From assembly GCA_964016885.1 (NCBI GenBank), contig OZ024744.1:60078001-60142000 (forward strand): a DNA stretch of 64,000 nucleotides, written 5' to 3'. This document shows, one piece after another, positions 55,075-64,000 of this stretch. The notes beneath the pieces were generated by a model. That model was not told the DNA's origin and did not search any database. It saw nothing but the letters and a program-made list of their open reading frames with translations. Each line of letters opens with the position of its first letter. Position 1 is the stretch's first letter. A program made the position numbers and the translations under genes. The stretch comes from Eledone cirrhosa. Lineage: Eukaryota.

Positions 55075-58000
55075 TAAAATAAGATAAACAAACAAGCAAA
55101 TAAATAAATAAATAAATAAATAAATATATAGACAGACTGAACAAAAAATGGCGTAGACATACAACACAACAGGAGGAACAATGAATATAACACCACTGAC
55201 GATGTTGCAGATGTGCAACGAAAGATTTATGTAAATTATGTAAACTATATATATGTGTTTGTGTCTATATTGTATCTGTATTATTTTTGACCGCCGGTCA
55301 GTCAATGGCAACATTGAGGACCGAGTAAGTTAGATCGCAGATATAATAAAAGACAGCGAGAAGCGAAAACCAACCAAACAGTGAGTGTGTTCTGTTATTA
55401 ATTCTGGCAATATTACGCAAATATGACCCTCCCCAAATATAACAATATCTGTTTCGACACACGATTTCATATAAAAAACCTCGCAAAACTAATTCATCGC
55501 CGCTATGGCATTAGCTTGTGCCAAGCTGAAAGGTTATTGAAAGACACTGTTTTCTGTTATATAAAAACTACAATAACAACAGAACAAATCCGCTTCTTAA
55601 AACACTGTGTTTCCTCCAAAACATACACAACAGACATATCAAAACAAGTAAATAATTTATTATTGAACAAAACACAAGCCGAACGGCTAAAACACACAAT
55701 AACAGTTAATATGAAAAGAACAACATACACAAAAGTCAACGCACTCTACAGACAAAAACGCATCAACGGTAAGGAAATCCGAAATCTCATCACAGCAAAC
55801 GAGAGAGACGACTTCATGAGCGTCATCCGACGCGAAACGAAATATGCTCAAAACGAATGCTGTAGGCATTTCAAGAAGAAATTAGAATGGATGAATAAGA
55901 AAAAAACTACAAGAAAGGAAAATCGAATATTCTCAAAAATACCCAGATAACATCGACAACATCCGTATGAGTGATGTAAAACTACCGGAAGAATTTACCA
56001 ATGACCACACAGTAAATATCTATGGGAACACTTTAATCAGTGAACAAGAACAACAAATCCTAAAGTTACCACCAAAATTTGCCATCTACAAAAAGATTAA
56101 CCCTATGGAATGCAAAACGGAGCTGGAAAAGTGTTTCACAAAAATACGTTGGAATGCAAAGGTAAACAACAACAACAATAATAACGGTAGTAGTAATATA
56201 AACAATAACTCTGGGTATAGAAATAACAGCCATAACCATAACAATGGCAGGAAAGTGAGAAATAGTGATAATGGCAATAATACTAGCGATAGACGGAACA
56301 ACAACAACCACAATAATAATAATAATAGAAACGTTAACCACAGACACAGCAACAGTGACCACAGTAGTAATAACGGTAACAATACGAACAACAACAATAA
56401 TAACCACAGTGGTAATAATGGAAATAGTACATGTAGCAACATCAACAAAAACAAGAAACATAATAATAGTAACAACCACAATGGTAGAAATAGCAGTAAC
56501 AACAACAACAATAACGGTGAAGTAAACAACAATACATCTAGCAATCATAACAATAATAATAATAATGCTAATGATAGAAACAACAACAACCACCATGATA
56601 ACAATAATAGCAACACACACAACTATGACGATAGAAATAACGACAACCCCTTAGAGAAACTATTTTTCAACCCAGCTGACAAAACATATAAGATGGGTAA
56701 TATCTATCCTACGAGGTTACCCTTTAATAAAAGAGTTTGCATACCACAGCAAATAGATGACGAGACGGAGGCACAGTTCACCATAGCTAGAAATAAGATT
56801 AGACAAGTAGTAGACAGGTACACTATGAGACAGAGCAGACCAGAGGCCCAACAACTTGGGAGAAAACCTGTAGAAGGCTTGGTTAGCCTCAAGCAGCGCA
56901 TAAGGGATGGTGAAGTAGTGTGTCTACCCACAGATAAGTCTGGTAGGATGTCAATAGATAGCATGCCGAACTACATCGAGGCAATGCAACCCCACATCAC
57001 CAACACGAGCGAAGTTGCACAACTAACACACGATGGGAGAGAAAAAATCCTCAACGCTCACATGATGATGTGGACTGACATCCTAAAGCCAAGCAGACGC
57101 ACTGCCAACAACTTCCAGGCGTCTAACAATGGCATACCACCCTTGTATGGGCTCCGCAAAGACCACAAGACAGTTGACGACCCGACAACAGGACCACCAA
57201 CAAGACCCGTATGCGGAGCTAATATAGCTAGCAACTACAGGATCTCCTACTTCCTCTCAATGGTTATACGCCTCATAATCAAGATGTCCCCAGATGTATG
57301 TGAAAGTACAGAGGACCTCCTCAGCAGAATCAGTGAGTGCAACAAAAACAGGAGCCTATCCAACTGCATAATAGGCAGCATGGATGTGGTGTCACTGTAC
57401 CCATCCATTAACATTGATTTTGCTGTGAAAAGATGTGTGGAGATGATTATTGAGAGTGAGGTGGAGTTCTGCGACGTCGACACAGACGAACTGGGCCTCC
57501 TACTTAGACTTACCTACGACACTGAATACCTAGACAGCCATGACCTTAGATGTTTCTGCCCTAGTAGACCTATAAGAGGTAGACCCCCCACCATAACCTC
57601 AATGGCTAAAAAGACTCCCATAGGAAGGTGGATTGGGTGGACCAAAGCTATACGGACCCCCCAAAACACTGATCAGGTAAGAAAAATGGTCGCACATGCA
57701 ATAGGGGCTAGTATCAAAACTACCCTAAAGGGCCACATATTTAAGTTCAATGAGAAAATCTACACCCAAAATGAGGGAGCAGCCATCGGCGTCAGCATAG
57801 CTGGTGATGTTGCCAACCTTTTCATGGTATGGTGGGAAAGGAGACTTAAAGATCTCCTTAATGAAAGCTCCATAGACCTCATCATGTACTCTCGTTATGT
57901 AGACGATATCAATATAGTTATAAGAACACCCCCACTAGAGAGCACTAACAAGTTTGATTTAGAACGTAGCACGATGGAAAGCATCCAGCAGATAGCTAAT

Positions 58001-59588
58001 TCCATACACCAGAGTATAACTGTAACTATAGACTTCCCTTCCAAACACCCTAACAATAGACTACCTGTATTAGACACAGAACTCTGGATTAACACTATAG
58101 ACGAGAGAGCCCAAATTCTCCACTCACACTATGCTAAACCCATGGCCTCCAAATACCTGATACTCAAAAACTCAGCAATGTCCAGTAGTGCTAAGTTTAA
58201 TATTCTGATCACAGATTTGGTACGAGTGATGAAGAATGTGTCCAGCATGTGCGACCCAACAGAAATGGAAGGACACATCCAACACTTCATCAACCGCATG
58301 CAGTTCTCTGGCTACAACCAAAGAGACAGAGTCAGAGTATACGAAGGAGCCATGGAAAAATATAAGACCCTCATAGAACTGGACATGAAAGGAATTTGCC
58401 CACTATACAGGAGTAAATCATGGAATAGCTTAGATAGGGCTAGACATAAGATAGGGAAGGCCACATCATGGTACGACAACCAGAGATATCAGAGTGTCAT
58501 GTTTGTGGACGCCACCCCTGGAGGGAAATTAGCTAACCAGTGTAGAAAGGCCCTGAGAAAGACCCACTTAAAAATAAAGGTGGTAGAAAAGCCAGGAACC
58601 ACCATAAAATCCCTGATCAGCAAAACCTACCCTTTTAAGAAAACCCACTGTACCAATAGGAAATGTATCATATGTAAGGTGAACCCCCGGATAAACTGTA
58701 AAACTAGAAACGTAGTCTATAGCATAAGATGTACAGAGGGTACTTGCAGAAACATGACAACAACATACATAGGTGAGACAGCTCGTAGCATAGGTGAAAG
58801 GATAGACCAACACTGGGGGGAACTAAAAGGACGAAAAAACGGGTCAGTACTATACGAACATGCTAGACAACAACATGACGGTAACATAGACAACATAGAA
58901 ATTAGAATAATATCTAAACATAGGAATGACCCAGCAGATAGGCAAATCAGAGAGGCCAGTGAAATAGAAATTAGAAGACCAAAGCTAAACAGAAAGAATG
59001 AGTGGAACAACAACAACACCCAAACAAACAACACTGACCTAAGAGAAGTATAAATAAGTAAATAAAATTAAATAAAATAAGATAAATAAATACATACACA
59101 AGCACAATAACAACAAGCACATAAACACACACTAGTCACCCAGCAGACACAACACTATACACACTAGTCACACATCACACATAACACTATACACACACAC
59201 AAACGCATGCGCAAAGAAGACAAAATAAAATAAGATAAACAAACAAGCAAATAAATAAATAAATAAATATATAGACAGACTGAACAAAAAATGGCGTAGA
59301 CATACAACACAACAGGAGGAACAATGAATATAACACGACTGACGATGTTGCAGATGTGCAACGAAAGATTTATGTAAATTATGTAAACTATATATATGTG
59401 TTTGTGTCTATATTGTATCTGTATTATTTTTGACCGTCGGTCAGTCAATGGCAACATTGAGGACCGAGTAAGTTAGATCGCAGATATAAAAGACAGCGAG
59501 AAGCGAAAACCAACCAAACAGTGAGTGTGTTCTGTTATTAATTCTGGCAATATTACGCAAATATGACCTTCCCCAAATATAACAATAT
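55075..59588 (+). mobile_element. Nearly intact Penelope-like element (Naiad-type) with direct pLTRs in (TA)n
   Basis: 55075-55448 repeats at 59225-59588, each with CTGACGA-T-GTTGCA gatg TGCAAC-GAAAGATTTA. RT+GIY-YIG ORF; (TA)n on both sides. Confidence 0.93.
55423..59053 (+). CDS. PLE polyprotein (N-terminal domain, Asn-rich tract, RT, Zn-finger, GIY-YIG endonuclease); one frameshift at ~55900
   Basis: PTDKSG, LYGLRKDHK, TRPVCG, SMDVVSLYPSI, GAAIGVS, RYVDD, LPVLD, VVYSIRC..YIGETARS. The 175 aa and 1028 aa ORFs join if one A is removed from the A7 run at 55900-55906. Confidence 0.9.
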
Positions 59589-60155
59589 AAATATATATAT
59601 ATATATTAATTTGAACAATGTCAGTATTCCGTGTGTCATAATTCTCGATTATCATTGGTTCATAGGTTTCAAACGACTCCGCCCAGCTCAACGACGCCAC
59701 ACTTAAATTAATATGCATAATGCCAATGAGGGAGTGAGAGGGGAGAGAGAGAGGCAAAGTGAACGCTGTGTTGGATACACTATGTATATGTGTCAGTGTA
59801 GAGACATGTGTGTGTATGTGTGATGTGCGTGGAAATAAGAGGTGAAGGAAAGCAATAACTATTAACATGTGTGCGTGTGTATCTACGTGCGCGTATGTCT
59901 ATGTGTGTGTGTGTGCGTGCAGCGTTCCACAGAAATTAAAAACTATCAACATGTGTGAGTGTGTGCGTGTGTGTGTGTAAGTTTGCGTGCATGTGCGCGT
60001 TTCCATGCGTGTATGTGTGTGTACGTGCGGCATCCCACAATCGCCACGCAGTTTATCTGTCTGTGTGCCTGTCTGTGAGTCTAACATACACAGAGTTGTG
60101 AAGGGAGTAAATAGAGACCTTTTTTTACATTGACGGACATATTTTATATTATTAT

Positions 60156-60512
60156 CTATATCTATATCTACATATAATATAAAAGATTGGAACTTCCATC
60201 ATCCTTTTGAGAAGCATGGAACAACCACGTCTATGCAATGATACACGTTTTACAGTCAGGCAGAAGATGAACCATCTCCTAGAGGTCACTATTCTAGGTG
60301 GGAGCAGCTAGAATTGTTCATATACTATGCACAAACGGTACAACTAAGAATCTGGTATATCTGGAAGATTTTTTTTTATTGTTTTCTGTATCACACAGAC
60401 ACCACGGACTGGCCTCATACTGTAACTAGACAAACATCCAATACAGTCATTTTCTCTTTTACCTGTCTTCTCTTATCATGTTTACCCGGGCGAAGCTGGG
60501 TACGTCAGCTAG
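60156..60512 (+). mobile_element. Non-autonomous Helitron (partial copy at 54713-54998)
   Basis: 5' TCTATATCTATATC; 3' hairpin ACCCGGGCGAAGCTGGGT followed by CTAG|T. Confidence 0.75.
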
Positions 60513-60874
60513 TATATATATATATACCACAATGATATATGCCTTGTCAATGCGGGTGAACGTTCTCCGACTTGCAGAACCCCAAGCGCATGCCACCTCA
60601 TGGACCATCGTATAAAATAGAGAAAACGTCATTCCAGCTTACCGGACTCACCCCAGTGGGCAACTCAGCCCGCCATCAGCGATAAGGGAACGGATTCGAC
60701 GACCCAGAACAACAGGTGCAATGCTAAATCTACTGGAAAGCAGCCAATATTCCAACAGCTTGCGACCGTCAGCTTATCGGGTAACGAAAGCTGGATCAGT
60801 TGCTAAATTCACCGGAAGAAAGTCTTGCTACATGTTACGTCCTAGATAAAGGGCTTATCACTGCAGAAATCCTT

Positions 60875-61295
<421 letters not shown>

Positions 61296-61960
61296 GATAT
61301 ATGTATTATGCGTGTGTGTGTGTATGTGTGTATAGTATGTGTGCGTGCGCACTTGTGAGCGTGTGTGTATCATTGACAGAAACGTCGTATAGAATGCTTT
61401 GTGGTATTTGTTTAGGCTCTCTGTTCTCTGATTTCAAATCTCTTCGAAGTCAATACACAAACTACCACGTAAGCAGTAGGGTCGATTTTCCTCTATATCT
61501 CATTTTCATTTTCTATATGTTTCAGCTTGTAACTCTTTAACATTTACACACACACAATGCATTTCCTATTTTAGACTTCTGCTGCAATCATCTATCAGTA
61601 ATACGTCGTATGTGTTTGTATATTTATATATATATCCCCGTCTGTAACTCTTAACAATTTACACATACGAACATACATGTTTCTACAATAAGAACTTCAC
61701 TTTCCAATCACAAGTCTTGCGTTCTAACCCTACATTTGTTTCTGCAAGAATTAATTCTCTAAAGTTAATCATACAATTATTTAATCCTGTATTTCATTTG
61801 AACATGTATGTTGAACATTTAGGTAATTATATTCCAGAGATAGATTAAAATAATTTTATCTTTAGTCAGTTTCACGTATCAGTAATCAACATAAATTATA
61901 GGATTTCTATAATGCAAACCATTAATTTTGTATGATTATTCGTATATTCAGTAACATTTG

Positions 61961-61961
61961 A

Positions 61962-62018
<57 letters not shown>

Positions 62019-62147
62019 TCTTCTTCTTCTTCTCCTTCTTCTTCTCCTTCTTCTCCTTCTTCTTCTTCTTCTTCTTCTCCTTCTTCTTTTTTCTGTTTAT
62101 TTTTCTTTTTCTTTTTCTTTTTCTTTTTCTTTTTCTTTTTCTTTTTC

Positions 62148-62179
<32 letters not shown>

Positions 62180-62486
62180 TTTCTTTTTCTTTTTCTTTTT
62201 CTTTTTCTTTTTCTTTTTCTTTTTCTTTTTCTTTTTCTTTTTCTTTTTCTTTTTCTTTTTCTTTTTCTTTTTCTTTTTCTTTTTCTTTTTCTTTTTCTTT
62301 TTCTTCTTCTTCTTCTTCTTCTTCTTCTTCTTCTTCTTCTTCTTCTTCTTCTTCTTCTTCTTCTCCTCCTCCTCCTCTCCTCCTCCTTTTTCTTTTTCTT
62401 TTTCTTTTTCTTTTTCTTTTTCTTCTTCTTCTCTGCTTCTTCTTCTTCTTCTTCTTCTTCTTCTTCTTCTTCTTCTTCTTCTTCTT
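61961..62486. repeat. Compound microsatellite (CTA)n-(TTC)n-(TTTTTC)n; similar compound tracts at 12577-12699, 17560-17780 and 27890-28176
   Basis: Read directly from the sequence. Confidence 0.95.
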
Positions 62487-63432
62487 GAGAGGGTTGTGGG
62501 GACAGAGTCCTCAAACACTCCTTCCAGTTGGTCCTGCCAGAAGCAACAGTCTCCGACAGATCCAGTTGGATATATTTTCTACGTGTCCGCACAAGAATTC
62601 CTATTCTTTTTACAATTATAAATATGACACAACTTAATATACAATTAATAATTGTTTTAGGATCTTTACATCGTCAGTTTAACCTACCCATATTCTTAAC
62701 ATGCAACATTTTTCTATAACAATTGGTAATTGAGTTTTTTGACACTAGTATTATTATTTATATCCACTGAATTCCTTTAATTAAGAGGTACACAGGGTTT
62801 TTCTCACACTCAAGTACATAGATAAGCTTGTTAACCCTTATAGGCTCTTGCGTAAACCGTTATAGATCGTCCCCATCAAGCTTACAATCTGAAAACATAC
62901 ACCAGGTAAGTTCGTGACGGAACACCGAATGTTGAAGATTTAGACCTATTTTCTGATACCCCCTTAAAAACGTGTTTAGCCCAGTACTGCTGCTATGCGA
63001 TATTTGATAATAGTTAAATTGCATTTTTAGTGTTGACATTATGTAAGTACTTTCTAGTTGTATTTGAACATGAGATGAGTCATAACAGCATGGGCATTAC
63101 TATCCTGTACACCTTTTATTTCTATAATGCTATATTTTGCATCTTTCTCCCCTATACTAGTGGGAACTTTGCATAACTTTTATCTCTGTACCTTGCTCAT
63201 CATCGCTCGTCTATTTGGCAACAGGACTACTCTACCTCAAGTCTAGAAGTTTAAGTTCTTAGGAGACTTTTGAAATGTAACTACCATGTTTGTCGATATA
63301 ATTAATTAATTCATTAATTGGCAAATTGTTATAGATGACTACAATTGCATTTCAATAAATGGAAACAATCGTAGAAATGAATGAATGATTTCAACTCCAT
63401 CATGCCTTTCGTTCATCTCCTGAATTGTGTGC

Positions 63433-63520
<88 letters not shown>

Positions 63521-63521
<1 letters not shown>

Positions 63522-63805
63522 AGGGGCGAAGGGTCCGTGCATATGCAACGCATACACTGCATGCGCTATAGAATCTTGAGTTGATCAATTGCGTCGGTTG
63601 AAGCAAGCAGAATTTTGGCTGCTTGCTAAATTGTAGACACATAAAAAGATAACACACACACACTAGATAACACTACATGCGGCTTTGACCGGGAGGGTCA
63701 TTTAGAGGGAATTGTGGGGGGGGGGGGGGTAAGGCTGCACAGCCCCACTTTCCGTCATGGCGATTGGACTGCATGCCCTGCTTTCCAGGTTACCCTTCGC
63801 CACTG
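63521..63805. mobile_element. hAT-like MITE inside (TA)n
   Basis: TIRs CAGGGGCGAAGGG and CCCTTCGCCACTG. Confidence 0.65.
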
Positions 63806-64000
63806 ATATATATATATATATATATATTACTAAAACCCTGCGATTGCTTGCTTGCTTGCTTACTTGTCTGTAATGTAATACAGCCAAAAGAGCGCATAAT
63901 GGGAAAATACTTTGAAAGGAAGTTGCCCCTGAAATGGGAATACAAATGGAATAAAACAAGTTTCGTGTATATCGAAGCACGGGTTCCCGAGATATAGGGT

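Noticed and set aside
55967-59053. Selenoprotein-type Naiad (UGA recoding, SECIS)
   Set aside because: The ORF has no in-frame TGA and no convincing SECIS was seen.
63686-63702. GGGAGGGTCAT matching the PLE ORF-start tail
   Set aside because: Only 11 bp, inside a MITE hairpin, with no extension of similarity.

Overview
Eukaryotic, AT-rich, microsatellite-dense window with no recognisable host gene. The SINE families and repeat load suggest a cephalopod (Octopus-like) genome; this is inference. About 1-12.6 kb is an array of L1/Tx1-clade LINEs (+) and R4/Dong-clade RLE LINEs (-) joined tail-to-tail through (TTA)n tracts. The rest holds Penelope-like elements (PLEs), including a nearly intact Naiad-type RT+GIY-YIG element at 55.1-59.6 kb, plus a mariner, a decayed Gypsy LTR element, RTE and CR1-like fragments, Helitrons, MITEs, tRNA-derived SINEs and a 26-bp satellite. 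The most striking signal is about 20 type I hammerhead ribozyme (HHR)-like motifs read by eye. Several sit in non-coding 466-630 bp units that are partially tandem-duplicated, carry 5' inversions and end in (TA)n. Three of these families share an ATGCAAAT octamer, a TATA-like box 41-43 bp later, and then the HHR. This suggests promoter-bearing retrozyme-like elements mobilised by PLEs. All alignments and folds were done by eye and need computational confirmation.
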